From an uncultured Acidimicrobiia bacterium (GTDB lineage: Bacteria; Acidobacteriota; Terriglobia; Versatilivoradales; Versatilivoraceae): a DNA stretch of 64,000 bases. The notes below the pieces were generated by a model that saw only the letters and a list, made by a program, of their open reading frames with translations, was not told where the DNA came from and did no database searches. Position numbers and translations under genes: made by a program. Below, one piece after another: positions 19,622 to 28,247 of this stretch (position 1 is the first letter of the stretch; every line of letters starts with the position of its first letter). Where the stretch lies: the NCBI GenBank assembly GCA_963786955.1, contig CAWBAT010000008.1, positions 448,001 through 512,000 on the forward strand. Direction: 5' to 3'.

Positions 19622-20062
19622 CTACCCGCCTTGTGATTGAAGCAGGAATATCCCGGCCGCGATCAACACGATCGCCAAGACTCGCACCCCGGTCAGGGGT
19701 TCCCGCAGTGCAAGAAACCCCGCGAAGAGGACAAGTGCGTTGGAAGTTCCCCAGATGATAAGCGATGAGGTGACCCGCAATCCGCGCTCGTAGGCGAGCA
19801 GCGCGAAAATGTCCACGCCCGCTGCGGCGATACCCGCGCCAGCCAGTATCCAGAATGCTTCCTGCGTGAGAACGATCTCGTGCCCACGAGCCCTCATCGT
19901 GAGCATAGCGACAGAATTGACCAAGAAGGCGACGGCAGTGATCACCATCGCTCCAAGGGCCGCGTTGATCTTAGTGGACCCGAGCTTCAAGCAGATGGTC
20001 CACGCGGCGGCTGACACGCCCGAGAGCAGCGCAAAGACGATTGCGGATGTAGGCACTTTCAC
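19622..20062 (-). CDS. EamA/DMT-family small membrane protein (likely integron cassette gene)
   Basis: 5 hydrophobic helices and LREPLT; GTCTAAC (attC inverse core) 16 nt after the stop. Confidence 0.75.
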   Translation of the reverse strand: MKVPTSAIVFALLSGVSAAAWTICLKLGSTKINAALGAMVITAVAFLVNSVAMLTMRARGHEIVLTQEAFWILAGAGIAAAGVDIFALLAYERGLRVTSSLIIWGTSNALVLFAGFLALREPLTGVRVLAIVLIAAGIFLLQSQGG

Positions 20063-20272
20063 CTCCCCGATAGGGCTTGGCGTTGACGTCCCCTGCTCTT
20101 AGCTGGCTGCTGACAAAGCCGAGTTGTCAACATTAGCACTCTACCTCAATAATGGCGAACCATTGATTAATCGACAATTTTGCCCTGATAATTGCCTAAT
20201 AGCGAGGTTTTAGGGCATTTTCGCCCAAAGCTTATTACCAACCAAACTGCGCCACTTCCCGAGCAGAACCTT

Positions 20273-20375
20273 ATGCCCGCCCCCGGCAAAAGTCAATAAC
20301 CCAGACTCTTGGATGAGGTTCGACAAGTCCTTCGTTTCCATTACTATTCCATCCATGCCGAGCGCGCGGATAAGA
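20273..20375 (+). pseudogene. 5' remnant of an integron integrase (IntI N-terminal SAM-like domain)
   Basis: MPAPGKSQ*PRLLDEVRQVLRFHYYSIHAERA resembles the IntI N-terminus (KPKLLDQVR...HYSxRTE). Confidence 0.65.
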
Positions 20376-20641
20376 AAGTGAATGTTCCTGTAGGTCTTGG
20401 CGAACGACATGCAATTTGTTCTTGACAGAGAAGAATTGTCCTAGCTAAAGTTCGCGTTGGGATCCAGGATCCAATTATGCTGCTCGGATTCTTCGACACT
20501 CCAACCAAGAGCAGCCAGCCGAGAAACCCTATAACGAGGATAAGCCGGAAACTGAGTCTACTGAAAACAGCCTGTCTCCTCCAATCTCTTTCAAAAAACG
20601 AGGCAAGCACTCTAAGTAAATTGTCAAAGTGAAACTGTTCA

Positions 20642-21052
20642 ATGAACCATAAGATTAGAATCCTTATTGCGAAGATCGGCCTGGATGGTCACGATCGCGG
20701 GGCCAAGGTTGTAGCTCGTGGTCTCCGTGATGCGGGAATGGACATTATTTACACTGGACTCCATCGAACTCCTGAAGAAGTTGTGTCCGCCGCCGTCCAG
20801 GAGGATGTTGATGTCCTCGGAGTGAGCTTGCTCTCCGGTGCCCATATGACGATTCTTCCCCGTATTTTTAAGTTACTTAAAGAAGCTAATGCCGAAGACA
20901 TCCTCGTGGTAGTTGGCGGCGTCATTCCAGATGAAGATATTTCGATGTTGCACGAAATTGGCGTTGCGCATGTGTTTTTGCAGGACACACCTCTCGACGT
21001 GCTGGTCAGCCGCATCAAGGAATTGGTCGAGGTTCGTCTGTCTCGTAGATAA
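20642..21052 (+). CDS. hcmB: Acyl-CoA mutase small, cobalamin-binding subunit (HcmB-like)
   Basis: GLDGHDRG, SLLSGAH and GGVIP B12-binding motifs; in a cluster with the large subunit. Confidence 0.85.
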   Translation: MNHKIRILIAKIGLDGHDRGAKVVARGLRDAGMDIIYTGLHRTPEEVVSAAVQEDVDVLGVSLLSGAHMTILPRIFKLLKEANAEDILVVVGGVIPDEDISMLHEIGVAHVFLQDTPLDVLVSRIKELVEVRLSRR

Positions 21053-21060
21053 TCAGGCGT

Positions 21061-22518
21061 ATGAGTTCAATTGACCTCCAACAGCTCAAACGGGAACGTG
21101 GGGTTGACCTGACCGTCTGGCCACCATGTTACGAATCGGGCTATCGGCCGCATGCGGGGCAGGAACATTGGCTACCAGAAATCGAATGTGCTGATCCGGC
21201 AGAACGCGACGAAATCATTTTTGCTAAACTAAGGCATCAGATTTCTTACGCTTGGGAGCACAGTCCCTTCTATCGGAGTAAGTGGCAGCAAGCCGGCGTC
21301 TCCCCAGAAAGCTTGAAAAGCCTCAGTGACTTGAGTCGGTTCCCCGTAGTCCAGAAATCAGATCTTCGTGAGGCCCAGTCCAAAAATCCGCCCTTTGGGG
21401 ACTACCTCTGTATCGAGTCGGCTGATGTATCGCGTATCCACGGTACAAGCGGAACCACTGGACTGCCGACAATCTTTGGCATAGGAGTTGATGACTTGGA
21501 ACGAATTGGTGAAGCCCATGCTCGCATCATGTGGGGAGCAGGTCTTCGATCAGAAGACCGCATCATGATCTGCTCATTCTTCAGCCTATATGTTGGTTCT
21601 TGGGGAGCTCTTAAGGGTGGCGAGCGACTAGGTGCTACGATGCTTCCATTTGGTGCCGGTGTTACTGGTCAGACAAGAATGGCGGTCAGCTGGGCTCGCA
21701 GATTACAGCTGACTGCCTTCTACAGTACGCCCTCGTATATCTTGCATTTTGCCGAAACCGCAAGGCGTGAAGGGATTGATCCACGAACCTTGGGATTTCG
21801 CACGTTATTTTTCTCAGGGGAACCAGGAGCTGGGATTCCGGCAACAAAAAAACTGATTGAGGATACATTTGGAGGTATCTGCATCGACATGGGGAGTATG
21901 GCAGAGATGCTGCCGTGGATGACAAATAGTGAATGCCGTTACCGAACGGGCATGCATCTGTGGCAGGACTTAGTCTATACAGAAGTGTGTGATCCAGTGA
22001 CGTTCAAGAGGGTTGATTTCGGTTGCGAAGGAACCCCGGTCTATACCCACTTGGAGCGTACTTCGCAGCCGATGATCCGCCTCGTCTCAAATGATCGAAC
22101 CCGTTGGGTCAATGACTCCTGTCCTTGTGGGAGAACATATCCTCGCCTCCCTTCCGGACTATATGGACGTTACGATGATATGTTCATTGTGCGTGGGGAA
22201 AACATCTATCCCAGCGCAATCGAAGACACCCTCCGAACCATTGACGGATTTGGTGGGGAGTTTAGCGTCATCATATCCAGGCAGGAGAACATGGACGACT
22301 TGCTCATTCGGGCTGAATACATTCCCGAATACGGTACACCCTGTCAATTGGATGGATTGCGGATCGAGATGAGAGATCGTCTCCGTTCCCGGATCGGAGT
22401 CCGTCCAGTAATTGAGTTATTACCGCAAGGGACCTTGCCTCGAACGGAATTTAAGGCCCGCAGAGTCATCGACGATCGAGATCTTTACCATAAGGGTCTT
22501 GCCAAGGAATATCTATGA
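21061..22518 (+). CDS. Phenylacetate-CoA-ligase-like acyl-CoA synthetase (probable 2-hydroxyisobutyrate-CoA ligase)
   Basis: HGTSGTTG, SGEPG, CPCGRT, GRYDDMFIVRGENIYP; position in the mutase cluster. Confidence 0.8.
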   Translation: MSSIDLQQLKRERGVDLTVWPPCYESGYRPHAGQEHWLPEIECADPAERDEIIFAKLRHQISYAWEHSPFYRSKWQQAGVSPESLKSLSDLSRFPVVQKSDLREAQSKNPPFGDYLCIESADVSRIHGTSGTTGLPTIFGIGVDDLERIGEAHARIMWGAGLRSEDRIMICSFFSLYVGSWGALKGGERLGATMLPFGAGVTGQTRMAVSWARRLQLTAFYSTPSYILHFAETARREGIDPRTLGFRTLFFSGEPGAGIPATKKLIEDTFGGICIDMGSMAEMLPWMTNSECRYRTGMHLWQDLVYTEVCDPVTFKRVDFGCEGTPVYTHLERTSQPMIRLVSNDRTRWVNDSCPCGRTYPRLPSGLYGRYDDMFIVRGENIYPSAIEDTLRTIDGFGGEFSVIISRQENMDDLLIRAEYIPEYGTPCQLDGLRIEMRDRLRSRIGVRPVIELLPQGTLPRTEFKARRVIDDRDLYHKGLAKEYL

Positions 22519-23525
22519 CCGTGAATATCGACCATCTTGAGAAAGAAATTCTCGGAGGGTCGATTCGCGCACTGGCCCGCGGCCTAACTTTGGTTGAGGA
22601 TGGAGGAAAACAGGCCGAGGCACTTTGTGAGAAGCTTTACGTGCACACTGGCGGGGCCCACGTAGTAGGGATCACCGGAAGTCCGGGAACCGGTAAAAGT
22701 ACATTAGCGCGTGCCCTCGCTCGATCAGCCCGAGCGCGTGGACTCAGTGTCGGGATCATTGCGGTGGACCCTTCGTCTCCTTTTTCCGGTGGATCTATTC
22801 TTGGTGATCGTATCCGCATGAATGATCTGGCACTAGACCCGGGAGTCTTTATTCGCAGCATGGCAACGCACGGGGCCTTAGGTGGACTGTGTCCAGCGGT
22901 TGCCGAGGGCGTCGATTTGATGGATGCGGCGGGCAGGGAACTGGTCATTGTTGAAACCGTCGGAGTGGGACAGGACGAAGTGGACATCATGGAAATTGCC
23001 CACACTGTCGGTGTGGTTAGCGTGCCGGGACTCGGCGATGATATTCAGACTCTCAAAGCGGGCATTCTGGAGATTGCAGATCTTCATATCGTCAACAAAG
23101 CTGACCGAGACGGAGCCAGTCGCCTTATTGCGGATCTCCGCTCCATCTCGATGTTTTCTCCAACAAGAGAGAGTGCTTGGGTCCCTCCGATCTTGAGTTG
23201 CGTGGCTACACGGGAAGAGGGAATCGAGGTTCTTCTGGAAAACATTTTCAAGCATGCAACCACACTTAGGAACTGCGGCGAACTGAATCTCCGACGACGT
23301 CGTATTGTAAGGGCCCGGGTACTAAGGATTGCCCAGCAGCTCTTCAAGGATGCAATCGCATACACCGGGGATAATTTGGAAACGATGCTGGAGCGAGTTG
23401 AACGGCGTGAGCTCGGGCCACATGCCTGTGCCAGGGCGATCTTGGCAGAGGTGGCCAGCTCAGAAGTAGCCCGTCGCTGTACTACGGAACACCTTCGCCT
23501 CCAAAAAACGAGTCCCATACAATAG
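22515..23525 (+). CDS. meaB: MeaB/ArgK-family GTPase chaperone of the mutase (MeaH-like)
   Basis: GITGSPGTGKST, AVDPSSPFSGGSILGDRIRM, ETVGVGQ, VNKAD. Confidence 0.92.
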   Translation: MTVNIDHLEKEILGGSIRALARGLTLVEDGGKQAEALCEKLYVHTGGAHVVGITGSPGTGKSTLARALARSARARGLSVGIIAVDPSSPFSGGSILGDRIRMNDLALDPGVFIRSMATHGALGGLCPAVAEGVDLMDAAGRELVIVETVGVGQDEVDIMEIAHTVGVVSVPGLGDDIQTLKAGILEIADLHIVNKADRDGASRLIADLRSISMFSPTRESAWVPPILSCVATREEGIEVLLENIFKHATTLRNCGELNLRRRRIVRARVLRIAQQLFKDAIAYTGDNLETMLERVERRELGPHACARAILAEVASSEVARRCTTEHLRLQKTSPIQ

Positions 23526-23645
23526 CTTGCGACTGCTATCGCTGCAGGGTTCTCCTCGGGCCTTTGCCTTAAATTTGTTGGAACCCTGACAGAAGACTTG
23601 GACTTTCACGACACTCAACAACGGAATTCTTAAGGAGCCTAAAAG

Positions 23646-25328
23646 ATGTTCAGCAAGGAACCCTCGGAGCGGGCAAAATTAATGAGGGAGGACTGGGAAA
23701 GAAGAGAACTCCAAGAATTTCTCGATCGCCAGCCGGAGTCCAAATCCGAGTATCACAGTGCCTCGGGGCTCCCTCTAAAGCGCGTCTATACGCCAGTGGA
23801 TGTTGCCGAGACATCCTTCGAAGATATTGGTTTGCCGGGAAAGTATCCCTTTCTTCGTGGACCTTATCCGACGATGTATCGAGGACGTCCGTGGACGATG
23901 CGGCAGATCGCGGGATATGGCACCGGAGCGGATACCAATGACCGCTTACGTTACTTGATTGCACAGGGGCAAACCGGAATCTCAGTCGACTTCGATATGC
24001 CGACGCTTATGGGCTATGACTCGGATGATCCTCGATCCCTTGGCGAAGTTGGCCGTGAAGGGGTTGCGGTCGATACCATTGAGGACATGGAAGCCCTATT
24101 TCAGGGAATCAATTTGGAAGAGATTTCGGTTTCAATGACGATTAATCCCACGGCTTGGATTCTCTTGGGGATGTATGTGGCGCTGGCAGAGTCCCGTGGA
24201 AATGATTTGAATAAACTCTCGGGCACTGTGCAGACAGACATTTTGAAAGAATACATTGCTCAAAAGGAATGGATTTTCCCAATTCGTCCTTCAATGAGGC
24301 TGGTCCGGGATATGATCGTTTACAGCACGCAGCACTTAAAGCGCTATAATCCTATCAATATCAGCGGCTATCATATTTCCGAAGCAGGCGCCACTTCAGT
24401 ACAGGAACTCGCCTTCACTATTGCCAATGGGATCGCCTACGTTGAAGAAGTTGTGCGTGCTGGACTTCCTGTCGATTCTTTCGCACCCCGGCTTGCATTC
24501 TACTTTGTTGCTCAAGCTGACTTTTTTGAGGAAATTGCCAAGTTCCGAGCAGCGCGTCGGATTTGGGCCAAAATCATGAGAGACCGTTTTGGAGCCCAGA
24601 AACCGGAATCGATGCGATTGCGCTTCCATTGTCAGACAGCAGCCATAACGCTCACCAAGTCGCAACCTCTAAACAATATTGTGCGCACTGCGCTCCAGGC
24701 GCTTTCCGCAGTTTTGGGCGGGGCACAATCACTGCATACAAATGGTCTGGATGAAGCTTACGCTATTCCCAGCGAAGAAGCTATGAAGGTGGCCCTCCGG
24801 ACTCAGCAGATCATCGCCGAAGAATCCGGAGTGACTAGCGTCATCGATCCGTTAGGCGGCTCATATTATGTTGAAGCATTGACCAACCAGATCGAAGCCG
24901 CCGTGTTCGAAATGTTAACAAAAGTGGACGGCATGGGAGGCACGGTCAAAGCTATTGAGGAAGGGTACTTCCAACACGAAATCGCCAATTCTGCGTACGA
25001 GTTTTCACGCCGGAAGTCTTCAGGAGAGCGGACTGTGATTGGAGTGAACAAGTTTGTCGATCCCGACAAACCAACGCCTTTGCAGATTCACCGTGTCGAT
25101 CCTCAGACTGAAGATCGACAAGTCGGGCGGCTACGAAGGATACGACAGGAACGTGACAATAGTGAGGTCACGGGGCTTCTGGACCGCCTGGAACGGGAGG
25201 CACATGACCCTTCCTCAAACCTCATGCCTGTCACAATCGAACTTGTTAAGGCTCGTGCAACAATGGGGGAAATTGTGAAGCGACTCCGTGGAGTATTTGG
25301 TTCCTACGAGGAACTTGCGGTCTTCTGA
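23646..25328 (+). CDS. hcmA: Acyl-CoA mutase large subunit, 2-hydroxyisobutyryl-CoA mutase type
   Basis: WTMRQIAGYG (Ile where MCM has Tyr and ICM has Phe), DFDMPTLMGYDSD, RYNPINISGYHISEAG, LRFHCQTAA. Confidence 0.85.
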   Translation: MFSKEPSERAKLMREDWERRELQEFLDRQPESKSEYHSASGLPLKRVYTPVDVAETSFEDIGLPGKYPFLRGPYPTMYRGRPWTMRQIAGYGTGADTNDRLRYLIAQGQTGISVDFDMPTLMGYDSDDPRSLGEVGREGVAVDTIEDMEALFQGINLEEISVSMTINPTAWILLGMYVALAESRGNDLNKLSGTVQTDILKEYIAQKEWIFPIRPSMRLVRDMIVYSTQHLKRYNPINISGYHISEAGATSVQELAFTIANGIAYVEEVVRAGLPVDSFAPRLAFYFVAQADFFEEIAKFRAARRIWAKIMRDRFGAQKPESMRLRFHCQTAAITLTKSQPLNNIVRTALQALSAVLGGAQSLHTNGLDEAYAIPSEEAMKVALRTQQIIAEESGVTSVIDPLGGSYYVEALTNQIEAAVFEMLTKVDGMGGTVKAIEEGYFQHEIANSAYEFSRRKSSGERTVIGVNKFVDPDKPTPLQIHRVDPQTEDRQVGRLRRIRQERDNSEVTGLLDRLEREAHDPSSNLMPVTIELVKARATMGEIVKRLRGVFGSYEELAVF

Positions 25329-25592
25329 AAATTCTGAATTCTTCTGTATCACACGTTCGACAGAAAGAGTTCATGAGATTCCTACGAGGTAGGATTTTAA
25401 GAGATAGGGCTTCTCCCAGCGCGCTACTTCAAGTAAGTAACTGGCGGCTTTTGTACAAAGAATCTTGGAAGAATCACGAGAACCGCCGAATATTTTGAGG
25501 TGAACGATTGCTTTAGAAAATCAAATTGGCAAATCAGAGCGATGCGATGGACGATTTCATGCCTTAGGAAACGGAGCGCGCGCCGGAAACTA

Positions 25593-26324
25593 TCATAGGC
25601 GGCTACTGTCAGAACTACTGGTTTCTTTATGCTCGGAGGTGGGCCTCAGCAGCAATCGCATTGCACTGAGGATGTGGTTTTTCATCAGCTTGGCGGCCAT
25701 TGTCTTATTATGAGCCTTTAAGGCATTCAAAATTTCGATGTGTTGGTGCCAGATTTCGACCGGGTACTCGGGAATAAGCAAAACTGCGTGCATCACACGT
25801 CCAAGTTGACTCCAATAACGGTCTAAACCCTCCTGAAGAACACGGTTGCCACTGGCTTTATAGATGAGCTGGTGGAAACGTTGGTCCAACCGAATCAACT
25901 TCATCAAATCTTTTCGCTTTAAGGATTGCTTAGCTTCTTGAGCGAGTCTTTCAAGTTGGGCCAGCTCTACACTAGTGATCGAAGCAGTGGACCGCTCAAT
26001 GGCAAGGATCTCGAGCTGAGCCCTTACCTCGTAAAGATCCCGGACGAAATCTAGTTCTAATGGCGCTACCATAGCGCCACCATTTGCAAGCCTGACAATC
26101 AGACCTTCAGTGGCTAGAACTTCTAAGGCTTGTCTCACTGGCTGACGGCTAACCCTGTACCCTTTGGCTAATTCTTCTTGAGTAAGGGTTTGACCGGGCG
26201 CAAGCCGGCCTTCGATAATCGCCTGGCGCAATTGGCAGAGCAGTTGATGCCGAACATTAGCTCGTTCAACCTTGCCCAGAAGCAGTGACTTGGAAGTTTT
26301 CTGAGACGGTCTCATTAAATCCAC
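25593..26324 (-). CDS. GntR-family regulator (FCD domain)
   Basis: LAPGQTLTQEELAKGYRVSRQPVRQAL wHTH; LYEVRAQLE, DQRFH, SGN, QHIEIL. Confidence 0.9.
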   Translation of the reverse strand: MDLMRPSQKTSKSLLLGKVERANVRHQLLCQLRQAIIEGRLAPGQTLTQEELAKGYRVSRQPVRQALEVLATEGLIVRLANGGAMVAPLELDFVRDLYEVRAQLEILAIERSTASITSVELAQLERLAQEAKQSLKRKDLMKLIRLDQRFHQLIYKASGNRVLQEGLDRYWSQLGRVMHAVLLIPEYPVEIWHQHIEILNALKAHNKTMAAKLMKNHILSAMRLLLRPTSEHKETSSSDSSRL

Positions 26325-26871
26325 TAATTTGCTGAAACCTACACCCTAGATGTCTAGCCGCGCTTAACGTGCCAGTCCAGCAGAAATGGAACCTGTGACA
26401 GTCTGGCCTAAGGTGCGAACAATACTAACAGAACCATGCCGTCCCAACAACCAACACACGTTCTCGGCGGAGATTTCGGATTCATTTTGGCGATTGCAGG
26501 GAATTAACTGAAAAGCATCGAATTAAGTGAGAGTACGTGGTGAAGGAAGAAATTCCATTGGGATTTCTTCCTGAATGAGAAATTGCATTTCCGGTAAAAA
26601 TTGGCTTGCGGGGTGTCCGCATAAACACGAGTGCCGAGGCCTGAAGGTCTGCTGCGACAGACTGCCGAGACATGAGACAAGCACAACCAGGCGGATAAAT
26701 TAACGCCAAACCGTGGCAGCATTGTGCAAAAGTCAGTGGCGATCAAATGGGCCCAAGAGATCTCGTAATAGCCGCGAAGAGGCTGTGGTCGAGATTGAGA
26801 CGCAGAAAAGAGTGAAATAGGTTATAAGGAATTTGACAATAGACTATCAGCACTCGATGATGAAAGAATCT

Positions 26872-27729
26872 TCAATATACCTGTTTGAGCACCGATTCGT
26901 CTCGCCACTGCTTGAAGTTCTTCCTCAACTCGAAGGCCTTTTCAGACAGACAGCTACAGTTCTGTGCAAGTACTTCAAAAATGCGGTTCGCAATGACTCG
27001 ATGCCCGAGATTGTTGGCGTGCACGCCATCAGGATCGATCATCCAGGTCGCCATGCCCTCCGCCGCAAACACGTCGGCGTACAACGCGTCGCATTCCTCC
27101 GCGAGGCGCTTCAGACTGCAGTTATAACCCATGAACGTGGCAATGTTGCCTTTGTTAAAGGGCAAGTACCGGTCAAACCCCGTCATAAAGTACGCATTTA
27201 CAATCACGATGAGAGCCCCTGTCTGATTCTGGATGTCCGAAACGATATGCCGCAGATCCTCGAGGAAAATCGCCAGTGGCGTTCCTGCTCGCGCATCGTT
27301 CAGGCCGTAGGAAACCAGAACTAAGTCGGGTCGATGCGCAATGACGTGCTTCGAGTACCGTTCCATCGCGCTGGGCTTACCAGAATGCTCATACTCCTCA
27401 CTTCTTTGAGAGACAACATTGGCGCCTATCCCGCTATTGATCATTTTGAGGGGTTCGAGCTGAGATTCATTAATCAAGTCTGCCAATCGGCTTACCCATG
27501 TCAAAGAAGGGCTGGTCGCTGTCCCTCCTGCTGTGGTGCTTTCCCCGAGGGCCACGGCGACCCGGAACGGCTTTTCGCAACGGTCCCGTTTCTGAAGTTG
27601 TGGGGATATCCCGGCCAATTTGGTTCCTGATGCGGGCTTGGGCATTTCGCCTTGCGCTCCCACTCCTACCGTGAGTGTCGTGGCTGTAATGCCAATCGCC
27701 GAGTTCATAAATTCTCGCCTTGAGTTCAT
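26872..27729 (-). CDS. Tat-exported SGNH/GDSL hydrolase
   Basis: SRREF Tat motif; LGESTT, NSGIG, YGLND and DGVHAN blocks. Confidence 0.85.
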   Translation of the reverse strand: MNSRREFMNSAIGITATTLTVGVGAQGEMPKPASGTKLAGISPQLQKRDRCEKPFRVAVALGESTTAGGTATSPSLTWVSRLADLINESQLEPLKMINSGIGANVVSQRSEEYEHSGKPSAMERYSKHVIAHRPDLVLVSYGLNDARAGTPLAIFLEDLRHIVSDIQNQTGALIVIVNAYFMTGFDRYLPFNKGNIATFMGYNCSLKRLAEECDALYADVFAAEGMATWMIDPDGVHANNLGHRVIANRIFEVLAQNCSCLSEKAFELRKNFKQWRDESVLKQVY

Positions 27730-28247
27730 AGAGATGCCTCTCCCAATAGTGTCTTTTATTTCCGACGTTATGAGTTGACGAGCTGCTGAACTTCGCCGAG
27801 GCTCATCCCGGCGACATGGCTACCTCCGTGGGTCACTGCAACAACCGTTCCATTTCCTTCCACCCACATTACTTTCCAAACTTTCCAACCATCCGAAAGA
27901 AAATCGAAAGTCAAAAGCAACTCTGGCACTTATATTATATTTTTTACATATGAACTAATAGAAGCAAAAAAGTCCTCGTAATTGGTGAATTTTAATATAT
28001 TAATTAATTATCTCAGAAAAGAATGGACATTTTAACATCGATTTCCGATAATTCCACCGAAATACATCAGCAACCTTTTCCCTAACAGTTTCGCAGAACT
28101 ATCTCGCAGCCGTAGCTTTTGTTCTTCACCCTCAGATGCTCCTCAAGTTCTGCTTGGGAATATTTTTGTCGACGATGGGGAGCTGTTAATCGCCTCTAGG
28201 AGCAATAAATTGACCCGCAGTCCTGAAAAGAAAGGGTTTTTGAAGCC

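Noticed and set aside
20400-20641. Cobalamin riboswitch upstream of the mutase cluster
   Set aside because: No B12-box or GGGAA core is visible.
23646-25328. Methylmalonyl-CoA mutase annotation
   Set aside because: RQIAG replaces RQYAG, consistent with the HCM type.
26360-26376. sigma54 promoter (TGGCACG, minus strand); also TGGCAC near 27924
   Set aside because: The -12 TTGC element is missing in both.
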